NCBI RefSeq assembly: GCF_006345805.1
Contig: NC_043019.1
Location: 1,302,001-1,366,000 of the forward strand
Direction of reading: 5' to 3'
DNA: 64,000 nucleotides
Source of the DNA: Octopus sinensis
Lineage: Eukaryota
The notes under the pieces were generated by a model. That model was not told the origin of the DNA and searched no databases. It was given only the letters and a program-made list of their open reading frames with translations. The position numbers and the translations under genes were made by a program. Below are positions 26,074 through 39,049 of this stretch, in pieces; the stretch's first letter is position 1; every line of letters starts with the position of its first letter.

Positions 26074-26215
26074 GGTGAGCAGGTAGAATCGTTAGCGCGA
26101 TGGCCGAAATGCTATCAATCATTTTGTCTTTACGTTCTTTGTTCAGTTTCCACAGAGGTCGCTTTTGCCTTCCGTTATTTCGGTGTCGCCTGCATCGATG
26201 TGATTAACTTACTAC
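26074..26215 (+). mobile_element. SINE family C, diverged
   Basis: ggtgagcaggtagaatcgttagcgcg... Confidence 0.6.
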
Positions 26216-26769
26216 CAAAATTACTGCTCTTGTGCCAAAACTTGAAATAAGTATATTTTCATGATTGAACAACTGAACCTCGAAGGTCTGTATAAGGAGG
26301 AACACAATGCCGCTACTTTTATCAATAATGATCGTTCAGAGTGGTTCTATGATGTTTACTTGGCGAAGAATGCAGTTGGAAAAGCAATCACTGAGTTGCA
26401 GATTAAGCAGCAAGAGATATATCTTCAAGACATTTTCTTTGATGTTAGCAGTTGAAGAATTAAGTATAATCCCTTATAACTGAACAGCCGTATTCAACGC
26501 CTTCACACTATGATACTAGAAAGAGAAAATTAGAAATGATTATCAAGCATTATCTGCATCAAAAGCCAGTCGGATGGATGCAGCAAATAAAACTGTTCGT
26601 TTCAAACAAGAACAAGAGAAAAAAATGTTGAAACATTAGAATACGAGCAGCTCGTCTAAGGAGGCGCTGATGGATATGCAAATGTTGTTAGATGATAAGT
26701 AATCTAATCGAGCATGTCTGAGTAACTATTTGCATATATTGGAGCAGATCTTGGTAGATGAAAGAGCAA

Positions 26770-27320
26770 AACTAGTAAGTGTTGTCAATACATGGTTAGG
26801 TAACTGAAATGGGATCGTGCTTGAGTTTCTTTACATAACTTGCGTTATGTAAAGTTCAACTGGCAGATATTGAATCTATGATAAAGGTAAATCTTTTTGT
26901 TCGCTGCTCCGTAACGAAGAATAATTTCTTATCCTGTTCTCGGAGATTTCTCTTCTAAACACGTTTAAAGAACGCCTTTATCGTTGTAAACATTGGCAAA
27001 AACCTACCTTTAGTTCCTTTAAGTAATTTCTATCAATCTAGAAAATTCGACCATTAACTGTCTTCTTACATTTCATTTCCACTCCATATATCTATTTCCA
27101 CGTTTTCAAGTTTCATTCGCTTTCATTTATCACACTATATTTCTCCATTCTAAATGTTTTGTTAATTTCTGTCTTTCTCCTCCTTCTCTGTCTCCAAATT
27201 GCCTTTGACGATAAATCTATTAACGGTTTTACAAATACAAATTGCCTGCGTTCCCCTTCATCGTATACTCTGTAATCACAATCGTTTAAAATGGCTTATT
27301 GGTGAGTTTTGTTTTTCTTT
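26770..27320 (+). pseudogene. Penelope-like element C-terminal remnant
   Basis: KFNWQIL..YDKGKSFCSLL...LLNTFKERLYRCKHWQKPTFSSFK*, homologous to 37676-38296. Confidence 0.7.
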
Positions 27321-27739
27321 TGTTTTTAATTAATTAAATGAAAATTAATAAATATTAGGAATATTACAATATAGAAAGAACAAAAATATAAATGAAGATA
27401 TTTTAGCTTACATTTTCATAAATGCTGCAAAGATCAGCAGTTGTATAGATTTCTTTCTATGTCAATGGTTGTCCATTTGGCACATTGTTTTTCTCGTGGT
27501 TGAAGGAATCACGTGCGTCTCTGTTATCAAATCATTTTAGACTCACTCCGCATCTTGCGCTTCGCATCATAGATAATTTTGTACTTTCAAGTTATATATA
27601 TATATATGTGTGTGTGTATGTGTATGTGTGTGTGTGTATGTACGTATGTATGTATGTATGTATGTATGTATGTATGTATGTATGTATGTATGTATGTATG
27701 TGTATTTTTAAACGTGTACAGATAACACGCAAAAAATAA

Positions 27740-27960
27740 GAGTTACCAGGGAGGCAAAAATTCACATAAGCATCAAGGATGTTAAAGCCTACTTATAAAG
27801 GTAGAAATTCAAGGGTTAAGGGAAATGATATCCTATAACTGAGACAAATTAAGAAATATAGTCAAACGCAGGTGGTATTTAAATCTTTATACTTCCGACA
27901 TATGTTGCGAAGAAAACATTGACATTATTCCGGAGGGAATGAAATAGTGTAAAAGCATCC
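27740..27960 (-). mobile_element. Penelope pLTR fragment, inverted relative to 26770-27320
   Basis: agttaccaggg..caaaaat matches 37250 and the reverse complement of 23790-23855. Confidence 0.65.
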
Positions 27961-28522
27961 GATCATCCATTTCTTAATTCATGTAAATTATACAAAAGCA
28001 TTAAGCTAAGATATCTTCATCTATTTTCTGTTCTTTTTTTAGTCTCTCTTATTTCAAAATTTATAATACTCTTAAAAATTATTTATTTACGATTTAATTA
28101 AATTGAAACAAAACAGTAGCTAGAGGCTATCTCTTTTTAAAAATGTATACGTGCGATTAAACATACTGCGCTCAATTTATAGTGAAAGGTGATTTTAAGC
28201 TTCTGTTTCTATTTTATCTCCAAGACAGTATGTAAAATTTAAGCCAAGATAACTTTCATATTTCTTCCGTGTGTTATACAACTATTTTCTTTTTGTTATC
28301 TGTCTACAAATTACCAATTTTCATATTAATTAAATTGAATCGAAACACAGCAATTTGTTTTTTACTGCTAGTCAAATGATGAAGAAGCCGTTGCCTTGTC
28401 GTAGCTGAAATTTCTGTGCAGATGACATGCGAAATGATAAAGAATAAAATAAGTAGCTTTGGATGTAGGTTAACACATAAAGTTTAAACTGGGTATATAT
28501 ATATATATGTATGTATATATAT

Positions 28523-28573
<51 letters not shown>

Positions 28574-28667
28574 TAGATAGATAGATATAGATATACACAT
28601 ACATACATACATACATATTTATAATAATAAGGGATAAAATCGTAAAATATATTGTCAGCGACTACCA

Positions 28668-29050
28668 TCTCTCTCTATAAACGGCAGTTTGTCTGTGCGT
28701 TTTCTGTGTGTCTCTGTTTTCTCGTACCCTCACTCTGACCACGGCTTTCAACCGATTCTGATGAAACTTGACACACACATAGCCCAATGTCATAGTTCAA
28801 AACTAACGCAGCGAAAATTTTGAAAAGTTCCTCCAGTTCTGAAAAAAATCGATAAATTCGACATGGGGGCGAGAATCAGAACCCCAAACCCCAGACCGTC
28901 TAGGGGACGCAACTCCACCTTTTTAACTCTCAAAAAAATTTACATCATTTTTTTTCCCATTTTTGTTGCTATTTTTTGGCTATAACTCTCTAAAAATGCT
29001 TTATAGTTATTTCCCTTACAAACCTGAGCAACGCCGGGCGATACTGCTAG
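28668..29050 (+). mobile_element. Non-autonomous Helitron (second family)
   Basis: A|TC start, CTAG|T end, cctgagcaacgccggg subterminal motif; shares only the 3' ~70 bp with 11289-11683. Confidence 0.85.
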
Positions 29051-30004
29051 TATGATATAAACCTGTTAAAGTGAATTCACATAGAGAGATTTATAAGAGT
29101 ATAAAATACAATTATAAATAAGGGCATAGAAGAGGTCATGCCTATGCTGAAAATAGAAGCCAAATCGTGAAATCACTTAAAACTATCACTTTTAAAATAC
29201 ACACATGTTGAAATTGAGGGATCTAGCTCACAGAAATTCATAAAATAGTTAACCTTGAATGGATGAATTTCTGGATTAGTCTAATAACTTTTCCTGATTA
29301 GTAAGGCATACTTAGGGAAATAAACATAGGTACGTATAAATATCTCATTTATTGATACATGCCCAGGTTTGTTCGCATAATTAACAATATATTCGTATAT
29401 ACGCTATCTTATTTTGCAACAACTCAGTATTCTCTGCTCCCGCTTGTTACGATCAATTATCTGCTACACTAAACCGCCGGTCTTCTGGTCCAAAAGTTGG
29501 TTGCAAATCATTTCTAGTTTCCTCTATGTAATCAATTATAAATACGTGTTCTCTTTAAAGAATTCTCTTCAGTTACAAGGGATTATAACCAATTTTCTTC
29601 TCACTGCTAAGATCAAATAAAATGCTTTTAAGATAAGTCTCTCGCTGCTTAATCTGAACGTCAGTGATTACATTTCCAAGAAAACATCAACAGCAAGACA
29701 CTTTGAAACACCAGTTGTAAGAAAGGAACCTATGTTGTTTTATACGCTACAAAATAGTCTGATGTTCAGGAGTACCTGTATAAATAATATAATATATTGC
29801 AAGCTGAAAATCTAACTGTAGCTCGTTGAGAATAAGTTGACGTACGCTTCTACAGAGCATAGTCAAGATGATTAATGAGAGTAATCGATCAGCCGTTTTG
29901 TATCAAATTTTCCTTGTCCATACTTTGTCTATACCACCTGTCTTTTTTGTGAATCTCATATATATATATATATATATTTGTGTGGTGTGTCTGTGTGTGT
30001 ATGC

Positions 30005-30066
<62 letters not shown>

Positions 30067-30197
30067 TAAATTAGATATAAAACCACTATTAGGCAATCAA
30101 ACAATGAAAAACTTAAGCCAATACATAAAATTAATTAATTATATTATTTTAAATATATATCAAAAAGTATTAAAAGTTTAATAAATAATGTGTAAAA

Positions 30198-30266
30198 CAC
30201 TACGATCGTTTCATGGCTGTCCAATTCGTAATAATTCGAGTTATGTTTACAGTCAATCTTCAGGTA
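30198..30266 (-). ncRNA. Type I hammerhead ribozyme-like motif in a pLTR-like repeat
   Basis: TAC-CTGAAGA-T[TGACTGT..ACAGCCA]T-GAA-ACGATCGT-A-GTG. Confidence 0.55.
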
Positions 30267-31257
30267 ATTGAAATATCTAAAATATAATCAGAAATATTTA
30301 AACAATATTTTTAAGATATAAATAATATAATAATTTTACTTATAATAAGCTCTATTATCAAACTAGAAACATAGAACTATATATATACATACATGCAAAT
30401 TTGCTACTTGGTACATATACACTGATGCTCGCATAGGGTACTTACCTATGGTTAGGTACCTCTCACTTCAGTGTTACATAGGTTTTAGTTGTTATAGGAA
30501 TGGAAAGGATATTGCATGCTGATATTGTGTCTAACATTGAAATTGCTGTTTATCATTTTGAGTCGGTTACAAAGCAAATTAATCATTTCTAGAAAGACAA
30601 GAAGTCGCTCGCTTGAACATACCCAGAAATAAAAAAGAGTAGCAGTTTTCCTGGCTAAAAAGTTTATATAACTCTGCCTATCTTGAATTTAAAATGTAAA
30701 CAGTGTAGTCTAGGCTCACAGTTCACGATAATTCGAGTGAAGCATTTTTAATCGGAGGGAACATTTTATGTAGCAGATGATACTTGACATTTTGTTTACA
30801 TTAAAATGAAGTAGTTTTGGTGAAGCATTATGTAATATAACTTCAAAGAGATTTGCTGTGTAAGGCCGGAACAATGCGAACAGATATAAAGTAAACAACA
30901 AAAGGAAAGTGAAACAAAGTCGCAGTTTTACTTTGCATTTCTGTATTGCTCAATTGTGTACATCTGAGCAACGACTTTTCCATCCATCGCTTTTTCCAAA
31001 TGTTCTGAAGAAGGGGTCATAAGCCCGAAATATATAAATACAAGGGAAAACTGCAACTTTGTTTTGTTTTGTTCTACTTGTCCTTTTTTTCTTTCTCGCA
31101 TTGTTCCGGCTTAACACAAACACCTTCTTTGAAGTTTTGGTTTTCATTGTATTATAAGGAAAATTAATACTTTGTTGGAGTGTATGAAAAACGAAATGGA
31201 AGCGAGTGAAGAAATAGCAAAAAACTTTTACTTTTTTAATCTTAAGTCTTTACAAAG

Positions 31258-31745
31258 CTGGTGAGCTGGCAGAATCGTTAGCACGCCGGGCGAAATACTT
31301 AGCGTTATTACGTCTGTCGCTACCTTCTGAGTTCAAATTCCGCCGAGGTCGACTTTGCTTTTCATTCTTTCGGGGTCGATTAAATAAGTACCACTTACGC
31401 ACTGGGGTCAATATAATCTACTTAATCCCTTTGTTGTCCTTGTTTGTCCTCTCTGTGTTTAGCCCCTTGTGGGTAATAAAGAAATAGGTATTTCGTCTGT
31501 CGCTACCTTCTGAGTTCAAATTCCGCCGAGGTTGACTTTGCCTTTCATCCTTTCGGGGTCGATTAAATAAGTACCACTTCCGCACTGAGGTCGATATAAT
31601 CTATTAATCCATTTGTTGTCCTTGTTTGTCCTCTCTGTGTTTTTAGCCCCTTGTGGGTAGTAAAGAACTAGGTATTTCACTCGTTACTATGTTCTGCGTT
31701 CAAATTCTGCCGAGGTCGACTTTGTCTTTGAAGCTTTCAGTATCG
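31258..31745 (+). mobile_element. SINE family C with internal tandem re-iteration
   Basis: Body repeated at 31258-31490 and 31490-31675, partial third copy to ~31745. Confidence 0.85.
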
Positions 31746-31831
31746 ATGAAGGAAGTTCCAGTGAAACATTTGCGTCAATATTATCGACCAGTCTATTTTA
31801 TATATACCTTTTCTTCTTCATTTTTTCTCTT

Positions 31832-32194
31832 GAAAAACGCCGCCGCCGTGGTAATCTCATTCTCGCCCACAACATCATAAGCGGAAAGTGTAACCTCTCG
31901 AAAGAGCTGTTCTTCACTCCTGCTGCGGGGTCATTCCGAAAAGCTCTACCTGCGACGATTTCATCTCAATCGAAGGAGAGGAGCTTTCTCCGTCCGGGTT
32001 GCGGATCCGTGGAACAAGCTGCCAGACGAGATGGTGAAGATGCCGACGACTGCTTTGTTCAAAGCCTCCCTGGACCTCAAGTGGCCTGAACTCTTTACAT
32101 GAGCACCACCCTGTACTTAACTCCATGTCCCCCTACATGGCCTTGCTATTTGCTTTTGAGCCAAATTAACTAACTAACTAACTAACTAACTAAC
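31832..32194 (+). mobile_element. CR1-clade LINE 3' end with (TAAC)n tail
   Basis: EKRRRRGNLILAHNII / GHSEKLY...RRRGAFSVRVADPWNKLPDEMV...FKASLD (one frameshift near 31928), stop at 32100-32102, tandem tail. Confidence 0.85.
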
Positions 32195-32807
32195 TTTTCT
32201 CTGATGACCTGACCTCTCTTCCTTTACTCACGACTGCGCAGAATCTGTGTCATTGCCCTTCTATTATTCTTCTCGTCATAGAAATATTTCTCTTTCTCAG
32301 CATTGATCTTTACAACTTACATTATCCCTATTGCTATCAAATTACTTTCTTTCATTTCTAAGTTGTTTACTTTCTCTCTCTCTCTCTCCCTCTCTCTCCA
32401 CCCCTCTCTCTTCTTAAAAAAATTTAAAGACCGTAAGATAGCGCCTTGAAAGGCACAAGTCCAGGCAATTTTGTTTATGGAAGACCAGCAGTCGCCCAAG
32501 CATAGCAGCCTTCCTTCTCCATGCAAAAGTTAAAATCTGATACAGCTTGGTACCAATGACGTAGCAACGTATTTCTGAAGCTGAATGAACTGGAGCAAAG
32601 TGAAATAAAGTAACTTGCCTAAGAACACAACACACAGCTCGGTACGAAATCGAACTCACTGCATCGTTAATGTGAGCTCAACGCTCTAACCACTGCGGCA
32701 TTCCACTTTTCTTTTCTTACTGTTATGTTAATGTCAAATCTTCTTTAAATTTCACCTCCCTCTCTCTCTCTCTCTGTCTTACTGTTGACCCATACTTTCT
32801 TCATTAT

Positions 32808-33182
32808 TGGAAGCACTCCGTCGGTTACGACGACGAGGGTTCCGGTTGATCCGATCAACGGAACAGCCTGCTCGTGAAATTAACGTGTAAGTGGCTGAGC
32901 ACTCCACAGACACGTGTACCCTTAACGTAGTTCTCGGGGATATTCAGCGTGATACAAGGCCGGCCCTTTGAAATACAGGTACAACAGAAACAGGAAGTAA
33001 GAGTGAGAGAAAGTTGTGGTGAAAGAGTACAGCAGGGATCACCACCACCCTCTGCCGGAGCCTCGTGGATCTTTATGTGTTTTCGCTCAATAAACACTCA
33101 CAACGCCCGGTCTGGGAATCGAAACCGCGATCCTATGACCGCGAGTCCGCTGCCCTAACCACTGGGCCATTGCGCCTCCACG
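32808..33182 (-). mobile_element. SINE family B (tRNA-derived), full length
   Basis: A/B-box-like head; 11-bp TSD ttcttcattat at 32797-32807 and 33183-33193. Confidence 0.9.
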
Positions 33183-33999
33183 TTCTTCATTATATATCTC
33201 CCAAATTCTTTGTCCCGTAATTTCTCTTCGTATCTTATTTCTTTCTTAATGCATTTTCCATCCCCGCTATCCATTTCCTTTCATTCTCTATCTTGTATTT
33301 CTTGCTTTCTTTATATCTCTTCCTGTTTTTCAATCTCTTTTGCTTTCTTTCCTTTCAGCTGTTCGCTTGTTCCATTTTTGCATCCAATTCCTTATTTTGT
33401 GCTTTACACATTTTGCTTTCATTCATCTTCTGGCTGTATTTCTCTTTAAAACCACATTTCTTCAAATTACCATTAATTTACAGTGACGTTATTTTATTCT
33501 TTAAATATAAATTTGCATCTTTAAATATACATTTGCTTAAGAACAGAAATTTGCATCTGCTCGTGGCTGTAATTCGAACTCATACACATAAAATTTCATA
33601 CGCCACTTAAAGAAATAACATTCTGGTGAACCTCATAGTCTTTTCGTTGACGAGTGGTGACAGCATAAGTTTCACAACGGAAGCTCAATTTTGTTTTGTA
33701 CGTTCAAGTTCTGATCACGATTTTATGAAATCTTCTTCTTCTTCTTCTAGGAATAACTCCCTAGAAAATAATAGTATACAAATTATGTCCCAAAATTTTA
33801 CAGTTATCAGTTGGCAAGCCAGGACATGCTCTATTTGAAGAACAAAAGATCTGCACGGAGACAAAACTGCAGGATTATGCTACCATGAATGCAGCCCGTA
33901 GAAAACGTCAGAAAAAAAAAGAACACAACACTTTCCCTGAACATTTTACTATCAGACAGCAAGTTGATGCAGGTAGTTTATCCCGTTCCTATATCTCCT

Positions 34000-34088
<89 letters not shown>

Positions 34089-34295
34089 ATATATATATAT
34101 ATATATATATATACATGCGTAGAGGTTAGTCAAAATATGTACGAGACTGACTTCTTCCAGTAACGTTTTCAAAACGTTCTGCTTTCGTGACATTATTACT
34201 TTATTTTCTGCAGAATACCACCATACGCGGTGCTTGTAACTTAGTTTAGAAAATGTTCTCACTTTCCAAATGGTATTATTTAGCATTATGTATAT

Positions 34296-34704
34296 ACTCT
34301 TTTACTCTTTTACTTGTTTCAGTCATTTGACTGCGGCCATGCTGGAGCACCGCCTTTAGTCGAGCAAATCGACCCCGGGACTTATTCTTTGTAAGCCCAG
34401 TACTTATTCTATCGGTTTCTTTTGCCGAACCGCTAAGTGACGGGGACGTAAACACACCAGCATCGGTTGTCAAGCAATGCTGGGGGGACAAACACACACA
34501 CACAAACACACACACATACATATATATATATACATATATACGACAGGCTTCTTTCAGTTTCCGTCTACCAAATCCACTCACAAGACATTGGTCGGCCCGG
34601 GGCTATAGCAAAAGACACTTGCCCAAGATGCCACGCAGTGGGACTGAACCCAGAACCATGTGGTTGGTAAGCAAGGTACTTACCACACAGCCACTCCTGC
34701 GCCT
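34296..34704 (-). mobile_element. SINE family A, full length, young
   Basis: Near-identical to 43466-43880 and 53250-53665. Confidence 0.9.
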
Positions 34705-35272
34705 ATATATATATATATTTTAAAAAACAGATTCTGTTGTCGGGGCTCTCTTATCCTAATGGTTCTGAACACTCAACCGGGTTTCAAGATGTCCAGCACT
34801 TGAAGATGTGCTACCCGCTGTAGAATAGCGGCATTCGCACCGCTTATATGTTTGATTAGAATGCACATACATTTATAATTCATACATCACCATGTGTCTA
34901 TCTGTCAATCTATCTATTTATTTATGGGCATATATATATATATATATATATAGATAGATATATATATATATGTGTGTGTGTGTATGTGTGTGTCTGTGTG
35001 CATATGTGTGTGTTATATATATATTATATATATATATATATATATATTATTTGTGTTGTTAGATTGCAGCCATGATGGAACACCAATTTCAAGACGTTTT
35101 TAGTCAAATGAATCACTTCCTTATCTATTTTTATTAATTCCGGTACTTATATTATTGATATCTTCTGCTGAACCATTACGTTATGTTGTCTTAACTACAC
35201 CAATCTCGGTGGCCATTCGATGGTTCACAAAAATACGTACACACAGTCATACGTACCAATACATACACCCCC

Positions 35273-35357
<85 letters not shown>

Positions 35358-35569
35358 GATAGTGAGAGAGAAGAAAGGATGAAAATAACACAGAAGATTT
35401 GTTTTACGGGATTCATGAGTATATTAGAGCCATGATAATAATATTATACAATTTTGTACAAAATAGAGGTTTGTTCTTTGAACATAATTGAAGTAAGGAC
35501 CGATTTTGCAACGCTCCGCCACCACGTGCGGTTCCCCACTAAATTATTTTCTACCATATATATATATAT

Positions 35570-35630
<61 letters not shown>

Positions 35631-36650
35631 GAGATATAACGGTTTTCCTTTCAATTTCGATCTATACGAAATCCACTCAGAAGTCTTTGGTCTGCTTGGG
35701 GCTATATTAGAATACAACATGTGGTTGGGCGGAAAAGATAAATATATGCATATGTTTGTTTTATTAATTCGTATACACATAAACTCTTACTGCCTCCGTC
35801 TATCGCTTCTTCTCTCTATTTCGCTCTCTCTTTTTCTTTATTTCTCCGTTGCTGTGATTTATTTTATTCATTTTTTACTTCTTACTTTGTTTATTCTCAT
35901 CTTACTTTCTGTGTATCAATATCTCTACAACGGGGAGTATTACCGAGCTGGAGGTAGCTGTTAGTGTTGCGTTTAGCAATATATATATCGGAGGAAGGGG
36001 TGATCAACTGTGTAGTCTGAGATAACCCATCGTTTTGCTTCTCTGAAATGTCATGCATCAACAACAACTTGTATTAATTATAGAAGCGATACGTACATTA
36101 TGATATGTCTGATCAGACTTAAAATGCATGATGATTAATTGACTTCGTAATCAGAAAAATATGGTTCACATGGAAAAAAAAATAACATGGATAATTTCAT
36201 TAAGAAACATTCAATTAATTAACAATATACTACATAATTAAATAGTTGATAATAAGCACCAATAGAAAATGTACAACCTTCAAATAAAAATAAAAAGATT
36301 ATTAGTCTGCTTGTATAATTCTAATAATTTCGCGGTGTAAAATATAAAATTTTCCAGTAACGACATTTTTTAAGCTACACCATTGCCATATTAATTGGCG
36401 ATGATATTTTCCATTTCATAAAAGTAATTAACACTTTGTTGCTGCATTGGTGTTTGATATTAGTGTGGTATATGTATGGCTATAGTTGTAGAGGCGCAGA
36501 CATTGGTGTGTGCTATGACGTTTGATTCACCATTATACGTTCCTGAGTTCATTCCCATTGCTTGGAACCTGGATTAAATGACTTCTAATACAACCGCTCG
36601 ATTACAAAGGCTTCTGAATGGATTTGGTAGACAGAAATTGAAAGCGTTTC

Positions 36651-36699
<49 letters not shown>

Positions 36700-36713
<14 letters not shown>

Positions 36714-38296
36714 CATTTTTTAAGTAATTCCAATAATAGTCTTTATAAAGTTTGTACAGATTTCCAGTCTTATCAGATTGAACCAACATAGTATCCATAG
36801 AATTGATTTCCTTGGTGATGTTGCGAAGATACCTCAGATGTTTATTTCTTAGTGGTGATCTTTGAAATTTTACAATTCTCACAATGGACCAGAGATCATC
36901 TTCAAATTGCTTCAATCTTGGGTTAGGCGGCGGACTATTTTTAGATTTAAATAACTTGTTGAACTCAGATGTTTTATCATTAGTGTGTTGTTGAGTGTCA
37001 TTTTCGTCAAAGAAAAAGGTAAGCCATCTTATTCGGTTGATGAATGAATTAATCTTAATGACAAGTTGTTTAAGGAAAACATTCTTAGGTGGAATAGGAA
37101 TGTCCTTAAGAGATGCGTTTATATTCAATAACTCCATATGCTGTAACTATTCAGTTAGCAGGTTATTAATAAACCTGATTAAAGTATTATAAATAGATGA
37201 GTGTATTTTTACCTTGTTAACAATTAACACAGAAAAAATAAATAAATAGTTACCAGGGCAGCAAAAATCTCACAAGTAAAGGTGTTGTAACTCCTTATTT
37301 ATAAAGGTAGAAACTTCGTGTTTACGTTGAATATTTTCAATAATATGAATAAAAAATGGAGTTAACGCAGGCGTAATCAAATATTTTTACTTTCGACAAA
37401 TGTTTCGAAAATTCCACTGATACTATTCAAAAGAATAAATGGTATAAACAATGCAATCTTCTCCTCAGGAAAGTGAAAAAAACGAAACTCGTCAATAAGA
37501 CATTTTAGCAAAAAATGATGGATTTGTATAGCGATAGACAGAACGCTATTAATATTGTTTAAAAAAACCTTATATGATATAACGTCATAAGTAGCTAACA
37601 GAAAGAGTAAGGATATTAATAGTGAATGTTAAATATAAAGGAAATTAAAGTTTAAATTATATATAACGATAGAGACTACTTATATGCCCTAAATGTATGT
37701 TTTTGCCAATGCTTACATCTGTATGCTCGCTCTATAACCGTGTTTACTAGAGTATTTTTAGAAAAAATAATGAAAAATAGCTCAGAATTACAGAGAAGAC
37801 AGAATTTGTTGCCTTTGTCATATGGTATCGAAATTGAGAGGATCAACCATTCTAAATGAAATTGTTCATTGTGGTCTTTTAAATCCCAAATCAGTTTGCT
37901 GAGACCGGTACTATTCCGAGTACTGATTATACACTGGTATGTAGAATTTTTAATCTTAGAGTTACTTGACATAAACTTAATTCTATTGGAATTGAATTCA
38001 GATACAATAACCTTGTTATTAATATTTCTAGAGGGTTGGATGGTATTAGCTAAATTAATGTTAGTATTAGTAAATGTATTAATATTTAACAGTTTGTTAT
38101 TATGAGAAGATATGATTTGCAAGAGATTTTTTGTGTTTGAAAAACCTATCCTAACCTTATGTGAATTGATTATAGAGTGATATCTATAATTGTTTGGAAA
38201 ATTCCTAGCAATAGCTTGACGAAACAGCAGTGGGAGATTAGATTTAATTTGTCTCCCGTAAAGAATTATTAACCAAATATTTTTACTAGTATTCAT
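36700..38296 (-). mobile_element. Penelope-like (Neptune-type) element, partial-tandem arrangement
   Basis: ORF 37676-38296 is the C-terminal region (AIARNFP..HSIINSHKV, STGLSKLIWDLKD, FCLLCNSE); then a pLTR with HHR; then ORF from 37137 is the N-terminus (SLKDIPIP..FINRIRW..FEDDL..SDKTGNLY) running into (TA)n at ~36700. Confidence 0.85.
37390..37473 (-). ncRNA. Type I hammerhead ribozyme
   Basis: CTTTC-CTGAGGA-GAAGATT-(~41 nt)-AATTTTC-GAA-ACATTTGT-C-GAAAG: 5-bp helix I, 7-bp helix II, GUC cleavage triplet. Confidence 0.8.
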
Positions 38297-38309
38297 AGAG
38301 TAATTATAT

Positions 38310-38500
38310 AGGGAGAATTCACGAAAAAAACAAAGACGAAGAGAAGTGTTGTAGAAAATAAACAGATGTATTAGTATAACGCTCAGGAATTGAAAAAAGT
38401 ATTTTACGTTTCGAGCTTACGCTCATCCACAGAAAGGAGTACAGAAAGGAAGAAGGAGAGAAAAAAAATGTGTGTAGTGTCTAACGATCTATCATGGCGA
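38310..38500 (-). mobile_element. Family D pLTR-like repeat
   Basis: gggagaattcacg...ccacagaaagg. Confidence 0.6.
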
Positions 38501-38541
<41 letters not shown>

Positions 38542-38616
38542 TTAAGGGTAGAAATCAATATTTATCAATTAAAACCAGTGGTCTAACACATTAAAAAAAT
38601 CCGAAGATTAAATATT

Positions 38617-38993
38617 TATATATACCAATTAAGGACTGAACACGAAAAAGTGGACAGTCAACATGCTAGATATAGACGTCAAATCGCCATTCTCCACAAA
38701 AGATTATGTTCTCAGATCAAACTCAACACCAACCCAAGCAATAAACAAGTGAAAATATACGAAAAATAATACTCATCCATGTACTGAATCAGTTTCGACG
38801 GATAATAATAGTCGAAACTGATTCAGTACATGGATGAGTATTATTTTTCGTATATTTTCACTTGTTTATTGCTTGGGTTGGTGTTGAGTTTGATCTGAGA
38901 ACATAATCTTTTGTGGAGAATGGCGATTTGACGTCTATATCTAGCATGTTGACTGTCCACTTTTTCGTGTTCAGTCCTTAATTGGTATATATA
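38617..38993. repeat. Perfect inverted repeat (~183-bp arms, 11-nt spacer), pLTR-derived
   Basis: 38617-38799 is the exact reverse complement of 38811-38993 by inspection. Confidence 0.95.
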
Positions 38994-39010
38994 TATATAT
39001 ATATATATAT

Positions 39011-39049
<39 letters not shown>

